DNA from: Phoronis australis
Taxonomy: Eukaryota; Animalia; Phoronida
Direction: 5' to 3'
Assembly: GCA_002633005.1 (NCBI GenBank)
Contig: NMRA01000307.1
Coordinates: 457,361-521,360 of the forward strand
Length of the DNA: 64,000 bases
The translations under genes and the position numbers were made by a program. The notes beneath the pieces were generated by a model, which worked only from the letters and a program-made list of their open reading frames with translations, ran no database searches and was not told the DNA's origin. Below, one piece after another: positions 13,301-26,075 of this stretch; within the stretch, counting starts at the first letter, position 1; every line of letters begins with the position of its first letter.

Positions 13301-16300
13301 TAAAATAAAATGGCACCATAGTCAGGATCATGGCTCCTTGATTTTGGTGGTTCCTGCTGTTACTTTACCCAATTTTACTCAAGATATTAAAAATAAACAC
13401 TTCACTTAATTCAATTAGTTGCATGTCATTGGTTATACGCTCCTCCGCTTGTCTCTTTTTCAGCTTCCACTACCCATTAGTGGTATTCTAGTCAAGTATA
13501 TACCAGTCATCATTGTGACTATGGGCGGTCTGCTCATGTTGCAGCGCAACCTGGTGGTCATATTCATTAAGGGTGGAGTGGGGAGGAACGGTTCCACTGT
13601 TGCCGTAAGTCTTCTCTGTTTAATAGATTAATACGAGGTATTTCATCTACTTTACTGACATTTTTTAATTCACTGTGGCACAGGTGTCAGCTCATAAACA
13701 TTTGGTGCCATCTGTGTATCTGCTGGATGAGTAATTTGAATTATGAAGTGTGATTTGGATAAATCATTATAGATGGTGATATTTAACTTCAGCATGATTG
13801 AATGGCACATCTCTTGAGAATCTTTTGTGTAAAAGACTTTCTGATCCCTTTATTCATTCCATGTTTGTTTTCAGCCTTTTTATTTTTCTGTGATGTTTGC
13901 TTTGTCGTACTTGCATCAAAAAGTACATTGTAATGGACCTGTGCTTTCAATACTTGTGCACGTATAAGTGACAAGTGTCTGTTGCTGTCATATTGTTTAC
14001 TTGTGATCCAGTCACCAATGATGTCACTGTCTGTTTACAAGCCATTGCATTTTAAAAACAACTGCATTCCGTGGATGATGTTCTTTAAATAGGACAGGGC
14101 CCCTTCATTTTTCTACGACGGTGAAATACAATATCATCAGATTTGATGTTTGTGATGTTCTGTCTGATAAATACTCCAATTTGTTTACAACGGGAATCAA
14201 AAAATCAAGGAGAGGTCATTAAGTAGAGATAAACGCACCATGGATATTCAAAAATGAAATCTAATGTGGTTGTCAACCTGAATAGGTACAAAAAACCTAC
14301 TAATGGATATTATGTTCTGTTTTATAATGTTGACCAGTTCGATTTGTTAATTTTTTCACATTTCATTCTGAGGAAATTGTCTCCATCTTTTTTCACTAGT
14401 TTTCACACTTGTTGTATTATGTGTTCCAAGAGCACGTTCACCAAAACGTTTTCTAAATTTTTCGGAATCAATTTTGAAACTATTTCAAAACTCATTAAAC
14501 ACAAGTGGTTATTTGGTCAAATCAGCGAAACTGTGTAAATCTCGATTGCTGCAATAAAGTAGTGATATGTAAAATTAGCACTGCTACCTTACTGTACAAA
14601 AACACCAACAGTAACATTTCTATCTTATAGGACACTAGTGTTATAGCACCGATGTTTCCTATTATCTCGACAATCATCCTAGCCTTCGTCATTGCCAAGA
14701 AGTCAACATTCAATGTGTATGAGAATCACCCCTGTCTTTATCTTGTGGCTTTTGGCATTGTGTGTGCCAAGATTACCAACAAACTTGTGGTAAGTGTATT
14801 GTGCAGCACTCCATGATTAGACTAACGTCAACTCGACAAATGAGAACTGGCAAAATGTCCAAACAATCTCACCAAAACAAGGAGATCTGTGCAAAAGGCC
14901 TGGTCCTCTAAAAACATGGGACACATGAATTGAAAAAGCGGCACATGCCTACAGTAATTCCAAAAATGCTTTGGCAGTTTTGTAGTCCAATGGAAATAAG
15001 GATAGGTCGTGTGTACAATGACGACAGCTTGATTAAAACAATTAAATTCAAACATGATGCTCTTTTGAAAGAGTACGTAGGTCATTAAAGAATTCAAAGT
15101 TTATATATTTAACAATTTACTCCATAACATAGTTTTAAGTAAACATCAAATGTAAATTCTTTCTGAGTGTCATATTTTAGATATAGACTTGTCAGGTTTT
15201 TTACTAAAATTATGGCATGCATTTTATTTTATTTTTTTTTGCCAATGAATACCATCAGAAATTTTCACCTGCTGCTGTTTGCTGTTGCCTTTGTCATTGA
15301 TTTAGTGATGGTTGGTAGATACTGTGTGCAGCACCATTTATCAGTCAATGATGAAGGCAACAGCACCTAACTGTTGCTGGCAACTTCTGAAGGTGATTTC
15401 AGATATTGGAGTGATGTGTTGACATTGCCGTTATCATTTACTTTTAGTGATAGCGTTCAACCATTGGTATGATATCACAATTACAGCAAAAACTTTTCAT
15501 TTTAGGTTGCACACATGAGTAAAAGTGAATTGACTCTTCTGGATAGTGTGTTTATTGGACCGATTCTACTCATGATGAATCAGTATTTCAACTTCTTGTT
15601 CGACGAATATCACGTTCTCTGGCTATGTATGGTAAGCATAAAGTGTGAAAATGCAACCTGTCAGGGGGAGCATACATAAAGTACAGATCCAACAGACGGG
15701 GGGGGGGGTTATTCCCTATAATTCATGCTACAATTAACTGAATAAATAGAATGAAATACTCCTCTGCATATTGATGTCATCAATTTATGGGTCTGCATTT
15801 TAATCCTGTAGACTGGAAAATTTTTAGTTTGTTGTGCTTAGGAGCCTTTTTCCCAAGAGGCTATTGTCAGTGTTTTGACTCAAGCCAAAAGTTGATTTTT
15901 GTCTTTACCTTTCTCAAAACATTTCGTTTTCTGTCTGAGCAGACTGCGGATTTCTGTCCTTTGTCTTTAGTTGTAGACAGATTCTACGAGTACTGCCCCA
16001 GAAATTGCTTTCGCATTATGTCCAGGTTCTCATTCACTTCCATGCTTACATTCGTTAGTAATACCAAGCTCAGAGGATTAGGTGATACCTATGTGCAATG
16101 CTAGATTGTCAGCCAGTAAAGCCAGAATTTGATGCCCAGTCTCTCAAACAGGAGTTGGGAGCTTATACCACTGAGCCATGCTATCTCCTCAACTTTAGCC
16201 TGATTTTCATGAAACAGACTAAGCCATTCATGGACCAATTTTAGTCAAAATACTAAACTCAATGAACTTGTTGAGAAACAGGCCCCTGAAATTGGTTGTG

Positions 16301-17048
16301 ACTTTTGTGGGAGGTCTTTGCAGGCCCCTGATAGGTTGAAATTGGTGACCTTTGTGGAAGGTCTTTGCAGGCCCCTGATAGGTTGAAATTGATTGTGACC
16401 TGTGTAAGAAGACTTTGCAGACTCCTGATAGATTGAAATTGGTTTTGACCTCTGTGGGAGGATTTTACAGACCCCTGATAGGTTGAAATTAGTTGTGACA
16501 TGTGTGGGAGGACTTTGTAGGCCTCTGATAGGTTGAAATTGGTTGTGACCTTTGTGGGAGGACTTTGCAGGTCTTTGATAGGCCGAAATTGGTTGTGACC
16601 TGAGTGAGGGGGAAGGGAGCTTTGCTGTGAAAGGATATTTTCAAACCCCACCTACCCAGCCTCCCACCAAGTTGTCAAAACATTGGGTTATTTGAGATAA
16701 GTCATGTCTAAGATTCAGCCTTTAAGCGAATTCAAATGATGGTGGGATGAATTAAGATCAAATATAATAGCACTACTGACAATGAATGTAAACTTGCTAG
16801 AACTACGATGAATGCATGTTGGTCCATGGATCCTCTGAACCGACCCATGGACCATGTCAATGTCTTCCACTTGCTGTGTTGTTAACAATTCTTTACTGTT
16901 TCAGCTGTACGTGCTCATTGATTTCTCCGTCTACACATACATCGTCTGCAATCAGCTGTGTGAGCACCTCAACATCTACTGCTTTAGTATATCACTGCCT
17001 CCCCGTAAGGCTCGCGCTAACAGTACTGCAAGCAGTAAAAAGAAATAA
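4400..17048 (+). CDS. CEPT1: Choline/ethanolamine phosphotransferase (CEPT1/CHPT1 family, CDP-alcohol phosphotransferase), 8 exons, 389 aa
   Basis: Exons 4400-4624, 10373-10520, 11040-11181, 11554-11638, 13464-13604, 14631-14789, 15506-15631, 16905-17048; all introns GT-AG with consistent phases (1170 nt). Motifs [23 protein letters not shown], the catalytic motif [68 protein letters not shown]1 versus CHPT1 is a vertebrate split, so the symbol denotes the family. Confidence 0.95.
4721..5136. mobile_element. Palindromic MITE, copy 2 (CEPT1 intron 1)
   Basis: Terminal inverted repeats ttagacggtaactaccgtctctagctgacaccagtagaaacggtg / caccgtctactggggccagcttgagatggtggtcactgtctaa, plus inner inverted arms. 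Confidence 0.75.
5449..5660 (+). mobile_element. tRNA-derived SINE (family B)
   Basis: B-box GGTTCGAATCC at ~5499, followed by ctggctttactggcagacaat..gcattgcaca, which matches the reverse-strand copy at ~16030-16188. Confidence 0.6.
6960..9354. mobile_element. Non-autonomous DNA transposon, Sola2-like, ~2.4 kb (CEPT1 intron 1)
   Basis: Perfect 10-bp TIR GGGCAATTCC...GGAATTGCCC; 4-bp direct duplication TTTA on both sides; repeated internal motif (t)gtacgtccgtcac near 7500, 8965, 9162 and 9330. GRG ends with a 4-bp TSD fit Sola2; the superfamily call is inference. Confidence 0.65.
10736..10905 (+). mobile_element. tRNA-derived SINE (family A) with an internal ~36-bp duplication
   Basis: GGAGGTAGTGTGGCCTATTG (A-box-like), GGTTCAAATCCC (B-box), then atgggcccagct..gcggcctgcacaca..tgatgca twice. 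Confidence 0.6.
11860..12157 (-). mobile_element. Two degenerate tRNA-like SINE heads in tandem
   Basis: Minus strand ggtcctggtagctcagta...ggttcgagcc (~11930-11865) and ctccctatagatcagtga...agtttgaatacc (~12155-12083). A/B-box-like but no intact cloverleaf. Confidence 0.45.
12327..12902. repeat. 18-bp minisatellite GGGTCTCATGTG(A/G)TTACA, ~32 copies
   Basis: Directly visible; explains the repetitive ORFs at 12336-12977 on both strands. Confidence 0.97.
16030..16188 (-). mobile_element. tRNA-derived SINE (family B), reverse copy
   Basis: Minus strand ggagatagcatggctcagtggtataagctcccaactcctgtttgagaga...ctggctttactggctgacaatctagcattgcaca matches 5449-5545. Confidence 0.55.
16279..16601. repeat. 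~50-bp tandem repeat, ~7 diverged copies
   Basis: Unit caggcccctgataggttgaaattggttgtgacctttgtgggaggactttg; explains ORF 16259-16651. Confidence 0.92.
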
Positions 17049-19516
17049 TGTGGCCAGTGATGCTGGCTACGTTTCGTCCACTTTTTATTTATTTCATCTT
17101 GTGGTATTAGCGGGGAGTGGATTACGAGATTATCTTTTTTAAACACGATTTCTTATTGACGTAGCATTTTGTGATTGCGTTGAGCAATTCTTGGCATCTA
17201 TGTCTTATTTACGGGTCGCTTTTGACATGACACAAGATGACGTCCCGCAAAGTGACACAGTAGAAGAATGGATGTACACAAAACTTGTCACAGCACAGTA
17301 TGATTCATCTGCGTCAGTTAATTGGTGGATTTAGGAAGTTGTGAGGGGGAACCGCACTATGCAGTTTCCAAAGAACAGGTGTTCTCAACTACCCCGGAAT
17401 GCCCCCCCCCCCAATATGCTTGAGTAATTTGTTACTTATTCCATTGCTAAAGTAAAGTTTGGTCAGTGATCTAATGCCATGTCAATAACCCATCAATGCA
17501 AAGCATAAATTTAACGTTTTTACAGCAAAGTTTGACTGGAGTCACTTCTGGTCATACTGATGCTAGATGTAAAAATTAGATGTAAATTTAGCTAAATAAA
17601 ATATATGACTAGTAACTAACTGTAATGTCTTACTTGTGGTCTTTTCCTCATTGTGGAATATTTTAAATACAGTGAAATTTCCAATAGAAAGTCTGTGTTT
17701 ACTTTTGGAGTAATTTATGCAAACATCTTCTTAATCCTGCATTTTGCTCCTGTTTAGCTGTCAATGTTGAAATCTCAACAGAAGTGCTTTGAGTTTAAAA
17801 ATTTTTCTTTCCATCTTGAAATATTCCCAAGCCAGCCGGCAACTCAAGTTACAGCCAATGTGTTCATACCCCATTTTCAAATTCCATTCTTAGAGTTGAC
17901 AAACCCCAGTGAACTCTGAATCGTTTTCCTGAGTGGCTGATTGTAATGGAACATAGTTCTAATAATAGTAAGGAATTTTAGGAGACCAATCAGAGTGAAA
18001 AGCCAGATTATTTTTTTTATTTTAGCCAGCTAAACACAGCTTTAAGTGCTTTTTTAGTTAAGATTGCTTCAATATTGTGTTGGGGTGCCATGTTAAATTA
18101 ATAGACAATGACTGTCTTTGTCTTTAGTACCAAGTTTGCTATGTAGTGAAACATAATAAGTTATATATTAATTCTGTACAAGAAGAGGGTAGTCTGACAA
18201 AAACCTTTTTCAATCATAATGGCTAATTCTGTTAACAGCAAAAATGATTGGGAATGGCTTATCCACCTTTGTTCTCGGTTATGAGGCAAGACTTTTCTGT
18301 CAATGAATTTGGCTTTGATCTAGCCATCTTGACAGTTAATTGTGGGTCATTTTGTCTGAATACTTTTGGCTTCTACTGTATGAATACCTTGATCTCATTG
18401 TAGAATGTTATCCTTCTGTTGTGAGATTGACCCTATATTTATTGAAGTATAATCAAAATAACAGAGAACATTAAATGTTATACTAATCTCTGTTACATAA
18501 TTATTGTTTTATTTTATTTGTCTAAACAGCTGGTAAAGCATGGGGCTTAGATTTTAGATGTGAAAGACAAAACAACATTTCTGTTAGATGACTGGTTGAT
18601 GGTGGATAAGGGTGTGTTTGTATTTCTGTTATGAGATAGTAAACATCTGTACTAAATCTTGTTGTCTTAAGCAATTACCTTAATGATGCACCCATATTGA
18701 AATTAAAACAGGGTGCCATTAAAGTTATTATGCTCTAATTCTGCCAACAGCAGACTAAGTGAGGTCACAGAGCAGACTAAGTGAGGTCACAGTTGTTCCT
18801 GAAGGCAAGTTATGTGCTTGGTCACTATAAGTGAAAGTATTCCCAATTTTTGATATATAAACTTAGTTATAATTTGTCATCTCTGAAACAATAAGACTGT
18901 GAGTGTCTGTATACCATTTGCTATGTTATTTTACTATTTCATTTGACATCCAGTCACTTTACAGTGATGACCATTTTGCCAGTTTTAGACATTAGGGAGA
19001 TCTTGCATTACACTCGTCTGAATTTGTCAAACTTTCAATGAGCCCTAAATCAATTCTTGGACACCAGTGACTTTGTCATAGTCTTTTGTTGAAAGTGTTT
19101 TTTTTCTAAATGTGCTCCTAGGACCTATGAAGGTACTGTTGAGCACTGTTTTTATTCCTTACTTGGTTCAGTGGTGTAACATTTGTAATCTTTGTCTTCT
19201 AAGTAACAATAGAACAGATAATGAGCGTTCATAAAGTAACACTTCACTCCTTTTGTAACAACGGGAACAACTGGGCGACTGTAAAACTTTATTTTAGTAT
19301 ACAAAGTAACAAAATAGTTTGTAAAAAATCCTCAAAAGCACCCTGTAACTTGTATGTGTTGTTCCGGTGCACTGTAGACGTTTTGTGCAGTTATTGGTGG
19401 TAATTTGTTTGGGTTTGGGCTTTTGAATTCCACTTGAAAGGAAAGCTAACCAGTGTTTGTAATTTTGCAAGTTAGTGTTGCACAACAGCACAATTGGCCC
19501 TAAATGGGATTTTTGA

Positions 19517-19522
19517 AATAAA
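19517..19522 (+). terminator. Candidate CEPT1 polyadenylation signal
   Basis: AATAAA followed by a T/GT-rich tract, at the end of the CpG-poor stretch downstream of the stop codon; other AATAAA sites (e.g. ~17594) exist. Confidence 0.3.
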
Positions 19523-20657
19523 TCGTATTTTCATTATTAGCTTTTGTAGTATGTGTCAGTATTGATATCATTTTCACTTTCATTGCTAGGCAAGGAATGG
19601 CCACATCAGGATTGTTTTTTTTTCTTTTCATGTCAAATATTAATTTTTAATTATTGACGCATGCAATGATTGACACATGATTTACATGTTTGTGATTTGT
19701 TGTTCTAATTTTGGACCTTCATTCTTATTTCAAATTTTACACTATTCAATTTTCGAGATAATCCACATAAGGACTGAAACTCTGTATTAAATCTGAAGTA
19801 AACTACCGTATGAATTCTTCTGTTAGGGACTCCAAAATTCAACCTGAAATTCATTTTCGGAGCACTGTTTGAAAATAGACTTTACAGGGCGGACCCTGAG
19901 GTAATGTTTGCATGCGTCCTTTTACTGTGTAAGATCAAGGTGTTTGGTCGGACGGCAGATATTGCCTGTTTCAAAAATTTGTTTTAAACGGCAAGCGCAG
20001 TCTTTAAGCAAACTAATTGATGTAAGCAGAGACCGCGTTCCGTCGAGCGGAAAGTAGTTGATTCGTAGACCATTTATGGCGCTAAAAATTGGTCTCTACA
20101 CACTGAAATGAAAAGCGATTTTTGTTCATGCAAAGAATGATTGACAGTTCGTTATTGCAAGATATCATGCTCGGCGAATAAAATGACACCACGCCGTCAG
20201 GTGACAAGTCTGCTTATGAACTAATTGACAGTTCCAAGGCCAGAAAAAAATGACGTCTATTTTGATTGAGGACCATTTGTGGCGAATTTAATAACGAATG
20301 GCCTACTGAAATCACAAGTTGCACAAACGCTTGTTGACGCAAACTTACAATATTTAGTGGATTAAGCTTTGTTCCGTAGGCCACATGCAGTCGCTAAAAG
20401 TACGTCTGGGGCAACAATGACGTCACACCCTTCATGCATCATGTTTTAGCGATTATGACGTCACAAAACATCAAAGATTGCCCAGCTGTGGTTAATAACG
20501 CTTTATGGAGGTCTCATGTATAACATGAGATTGAAGCCCACTACCAGCATTATTTTTGAAAATTTCTATTTTTTCTAAAAAAATCATCCAATTTAGTTTC
20601 TCACCGTCGTACTAGTTATCAACAGCGGAACTCCGCAACACCACTGCTTAAACGACT

Positions 20658-20860
20658 ATAGACCCTATTCACGCCGACAGGAGGCGCGTTCCAAAACGAG
20701 GCTCGCTACGATAGCTCTGTTAGCTTATCGGCATAGGAGTCTGTGTTTCAGTCCGTGTTGTTCCCCGAACGGCTAGAAAAAATACGGACACGCTTCACAA
20801 TCTCTAAAGACGTTTAGATTCGGAAGCGTTGGGTCGTTGCCATACGCCGACGAAGCAAAA
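20658..20860 (+). mobile_element. Degenerate THAP-domain DNA transposon remnant (ISL2EU- or P-like)
   Basis: Broken translation CCSPNG..K...SKDV*IRKRWVVAIRR resembles the THAP core (F-P-K-D...R-x-x-W...I-R-R); it has stops and frameshifts. Confidence 0.45.
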
Positions 20861-21160
20861 TATGTCCGTGTAAAATAAATGTTTTCGAAAAGTTAGATCA
20901 TATTTTGTCGCGTCTCGGTCAGTTGTCGACAAGCATCATAGTGCGGACCGGAGAATGGGCCAGCCAGGTTGTATTTTCATGACAACGGAATTAGGGGGGG
21001 GGGGCTAAAATTGTATCAGATCCCATTTTTGAGTTCGGGTGCGAATTGCTGATTAGCACACGTGCGCAACCAGGGGGTCTTGGGGGTGAATAAACAACGC
21101 ATAGGCGCTGAATGAACCCCGTTTACCGTTTTTTTTTTTTTAGTCAACAGGTCCGCAAAC

Positions 21161-21572
21161 NNNNNNNNNNNNNNNNNNNNNNNNNNNNNNNNNNNNNNNN
21201 NNNNNNNNNNNNNNNNNNNNNNNNNNNNNNNNNNNNNNNNNNNNNNNNNNNNNNNNNNNNNNNNNNNNNNNNNNNNNNNNNNNNNNNNNNNNNNNNNNNN
21301 NNNNNNNNNNNNNNNNNNNNNNNNNNNNNNNNNNNNNNNNNNNNNNNNNNNNNNNNNNNNNNNNNNNNNNNNNNNNNNNNNNNNNNNNNNNNNNNNNNNN
21401 NNNNNNNNNNNNNNNNNNNNNNNNNNNNNNNNNNNNNNNNNNNNNNNNNNNNNNNNNNNNNNNNNNNNNNNNNNNNNNNNNNNNNNNNNNNNNNNNNNNN
21501 NNNNNNNNNNNNNNNNNNNNNNNNNNNNNNNNNNNNNNNNNNNNNNNNNNNNNNNNNNNNNNNNNNNNNNNN
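21161..21572. other. Assembly gap (412 N)
   Basis: Run of N. Confidence 1.
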
Positions 21573-24500
21573 TTAGTCCCAGGGAGTGCATAGGATCAGG
21601 CTATGCTTGATTTTAATATTCTTGATCAACAAATTAAACCAGATGTGACTAATTGCACATGACAGCCACCACTGTCGAATATGTCTTCAACTCGTCAACA
21701 ATACGAGCAGATGACCTGGTCCGCGTAGAAAGTATTTTGATCAACAATTTACAAGAAAAAAGTAACCCTGCATTCAGCATAATACCTAATCCGTAACACT
21801 ACGATCGCCGCAATTTGGCCATATTTACTTTTCATGTTTCGAACCTAGTTTTCCGAGAAAAATTAAACCCTTTCGTCAGACAACTCTTTGACGCCTTAAC
21901 TTGTTCTCTAATGTAATTTTCTACGTCTGTGTGGTTTAATTGTTGACACATTATTAAAATTCAATATCCAGGTTGGACTCGAAAGACCGGCTATTTAACT
22001 CACGCAATGTCTACGTTCGCTTTGTTTATCGCAGTGAGCCTCGACAGACAGTGACCCCCTGGCCGGCAAGTGGTGTCTATCGTCGAGGAACTTGAGCGCG
22101 GCCTTGGCGCTGTTTGTACCCGGCGAAAGTTGTTGAAGCCGATATCGAGCACCTGCACCAATACGAAGGGCCTGAATCCCTATTCAGCTTTAATGTTTAT
22201 ACTACAGGTGGGTTTGGTCGTTTTTACGCCGAACTCAGGTGGGCCCAGTGTAGCTAGGCTATAGACTGAGCTTTGACCCCCTCGGCGCCAGTTGCGGCAA
22301 CACTATGGTCTCTACGACCCACAGAGTCATTCCACTAAGTCCGTCTAAGCAAGACTTGCTCAAAAAACAATAGCTTTACATTTGCCGGGATTTCCCGAAA
22401 GTTTCATAGCCATACTATGGCAGTCAAACCTTCCTTTCAACTTTTTTCCGGCCCCGAATTATGATTGACAAAAACATCACATTTTTTCTCAGCAAGTCGT
22501 TGCTGCCAGGCGGCTTTGGCACCACTCCCATACCCAGAAATAGCGGTACACATCGCAATCCGTTGATGTCATCGCTTTATTGTGAACTCACATTTGACAC
22601 ATTTCGGCCGCAGGGCCGGGGGTGTTGGACTGGGCATAAGTCGATACAGTCTCGGCTGGGTGTGTTGGACAGTGCATAAGGTGATAAGTCACAAAATTAA
22701 GAACGGATTATATCGGGTGGCACATGCCTTCAAGGTTACGTGGGAGCTCGGTGATAAGTGTGTGTATTGATTTTAACTCGTTGAAAGTATTATTTTCTGA
22801 AAATAGAAATCTTGTAGAATTTAATTTTTAACAACGGAATCAACATCTTTGCCAAATTTCGTTTGATGCAAATGTTCAGGATAAAACTGTTACAGTTTTC
22901 TAAATTATTGTTTGTTTCTTAATTGTTATATGCAACTTTTGATATTTGTCATGAAAATCACAAAAGGGCTGCTTTTTTATCACACGTCATGCATAATTGG
23001 AACATAGTTAAAAACAATTCGTAACAGCGTTTTGGAGAATTGTGCATCGGAAAGGTTCATACATGTATGAATACGATCAACTGTTGCCGAGATATGATGT
23101 TCCTGAAGTTCGCCAACTGTAGACATTTTGAGGTCCCTGTATTACTTTAACTGGTTTCTTTTCCGTTTTTACTTAATCTTTCTCTTTCCAGAATAGTTAT
23201 GGCTGTTTGCTAAACATCACGGGTTTCTTAATTTGCACGCGCAGACCAGATTTTCTTCAAATCACCATCTCTCGTAATTTCCTGACTTTCAAAAGTTGTG
23301 TGTGCTTCATGATACTTCGAATTATACGCTTCAATGAAGACACCTAACTATCAATGTTTTAGAAACGGAGGGAGGAGAGGGAGGGACAGTGGAGGAGAGT
23401 GGAAGGATGGAGTCAAAGAGGGAGGGAGTGATACGATAGGTTCATTATCTCAGTTACCGAAGTGTGGCAGAGACAACACTGAATTCATAAATAAAATAAT
23501 TTAATAAGCACAGTTATGACAAATAATAAATAATCTTAGCAAGATGAATAAATTATAGTAATCACAATACATACATCGTTAGCGTTACTACCCTGTCACA
23601 CCGGGCTTGAGTAGATTTGCGTATTGTGGCATCACGGAGAGTAGATTTAAGTAATACAACGCACTTTGTGCGTCTAATACTCTGTACCGAGAGTATGCCA
23701 AAAAATAAACATCTTTTAGCAACCATCTCACGTACCCCTTTGCTCCCCTCTGCGAATTGCTTAGTAAGCCAGGGTAAGCTCGGTATAGCAAGGTGGTTTC
23801 ACGCTAGGCCTGTACCGACTGGTACGCCTACCTTATACTGTCCTGCGCTATCAATTCAATGTCTACCATTGAGGTTTCACTAACATATTTTTGTTTTTTA
23901 AGTTACTCCTTGGATGTACTTGAGTGATACGTTTATTGACGCATGCGCCTGACCCCCCCCCCGTATACAGCTTTACATATAGGCGCATGGGCCTAAATAC
24001 GCGCATATATATGAGACTACTACATGTATATGTAATCATCAGCGAGATTCAGAGTAAGACTCGGTTAAGACTAGTCTGTACAGGGTTGACGTGAAATAAG
24101 TACAGCTTGAGATCAAAGTCAACTGGCCACCTAATTTATGGCACGACTACTACAATTTAGTAATAAAAGTTTGATACCTTTCTCCCTAATACGATGATAA
24201 AAATACTTTGAAAACTATTTCTAGGTAAAGTGTAGATACACATAAATACCATTGCTGCAAATCATGTTCATCAGACCTCTCTTATTAACTATTGAATTCA
24301 CAATCGGGTCACATGACAAGCATGCAAAGCGAAATAAAAACATTTTAGAAAATTTATGTTCAACAGCTTGTTCCAAAATGTCAGGCAAAAAACAGAGATG
24401 TCATGCTTAAAAAGGTTCTGAGTAATCTCTACACCGTTTGTTGACATAGAGAAGGGCTTATAATCGGAATAAAATGCTGCAAGAATAATTTGAATTGTTT

Positions 24501-24787
24501 TAGTAGCCCAAACAAACAAAGTTCATAGCTTGCAGAGTTTCCGACGACCATAAAATCTTGTTCCGCCAGCTCCGTGAACACTTGCGGCTGTAGATGCCAC
24601 GCCCAACCGTTGAGGTTGGCAAACATTGTACACACGACGTGGTTTCTGACATAATCGAGGAGAAAAAATAACTTGTCAGAAATGCAATCGTTATCGTTAT
24701 TACATATCTCACTGGTCGCTGAATCACTGATAGCTTTGGCGAACCTGAGAAGGACGATGTAGTTAGCCAGCGAGTCCCGCGATAACT

Positions 24788-24920
<133 letters not shown>

Positions 24921-25846
24921 TGATATAGAGAAATAATAATAATACTAATAATTATGATAATAATAGTAACAATACAAATATCTATAAAAGTTTCATTAGG
25001 ATGGCTATATTAACGATATGGCGTTGTTACTTGGATAATTATTTCTTTGTGATGCACTTAAGTTTTAATTCAGGATATCAGAAAATGTTAGGGAAACGAT
25101 ATTGTGCGTTCTAAAAGTTCTCAATATAGCTCCAACTGAGAGATTTTTTGGGTGAAACATGATTATTTGTCAGATTAAAAAAGTTTAAAAATCGAACCAC
25201 TATATTCATGCATGTTACTTACAATCTTCGTGTACGGTAAATATAGCTGTTTTCTCCAACCGATGTGATTCGCACACCGTGTGTCCTCCCGCATTTCTTC
25301 ACTGTCCGTAAGGTACGAACGCCTTCTCTGGAAAATGAAAATCACATTTTATATGTCAAAATCCATTTGTCTATTCACACCAACCTGTAGCCTATTATCA
25401 CTGGCACGACGTTTCGGTCGGTCATTCCTCTTGGTTTGTATTAGAATTCGTCTAATACAAAAATGAGAAGACCTACTATGTAGGGATAGATTTCGAAAGC
25501 TGTAAAGCCTGTAGGCCCATGTAATTAAAGAAAATACTTTATTCCATTGCTGCCTTTTCAATTCACTAAGTTATTATAAAGTGCTACAAATTTACTAACC
25601 AAAATGATTAGAAACACACGATAAATGCAGTGGTAGCAGTCATTTAGAGCAGATACTTGGATTCATAAATTACATGGCCATGTTTCACAAACGACCGGTT
25701 CATGCAAGTCAGTTTTTGTGGAAAATTTCCGCAAATTTTTACTCGAGTGAACAAAACTAGCAATTCTTCAATTTTTACGTTTATGCCATGAATTTTTGCG
25801 ATTCCAGAAAAAATCTGCAAAAATGCAAAAAGACCCACCTGAAGGG

Positions 25847-26075
25847 CATGCGCGCACCCAGGGGGAGGAGGGGTCCGCCTCAGAGAAACAAAAAGTCCGA
25901 GGAAACGAAACAAAAGTCCACTAAAAAGGCACAGACACACAGTTCACAGACCTGAAGGTGGTGCCCCGTTTTTCTTTTTTTCTTTTTTTTTTAATCCTCC
26001 CGCTTTTTTTGTTAGCAAAAGGTCCACTTTGCCAGAGATTCGAGCCCCCCATAATAAAGGCTGGGTGCGTGTATG
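25847..26075. mobile_element. Short MITE; related partial copy at ~21057-21160
   Basis: Inverted ends catgcgcgcacccag / ctgggtgcgtgtatg; tgaaggg recurs on both flanks; shares the ccaggggg start and the T-tract..aggtcc segment with 21057-21160. Confidence 0.5.

Noticed and set aside
16905-17300. Possibility that the phosphotransferase is SELENOI (EPT1) with a SECIS (ATGA...AAA...GA near 17237)
   Set aside because: There is no in-frame TGA, the stop is TAA, the motifs are CEPT1/CHPT1-type, and the ATGA-to-AA spacing is too short for a SECIS.
18960-19025. C/D-box snoRNA-like motif pairs (also ~42372)
   Set aside because: Spacing too short or no terminal stem; no recognisable rRNA guide sequence.
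21016-21591. 191-aa and 154-aa ORFs
   Set aside because: Artefacts of translating through the N gap.
23464-23884. Possible solo LTR
   Set aside because: TG...CA candidates exist, but I could not find a matching TSD or terminal inverted repeat.
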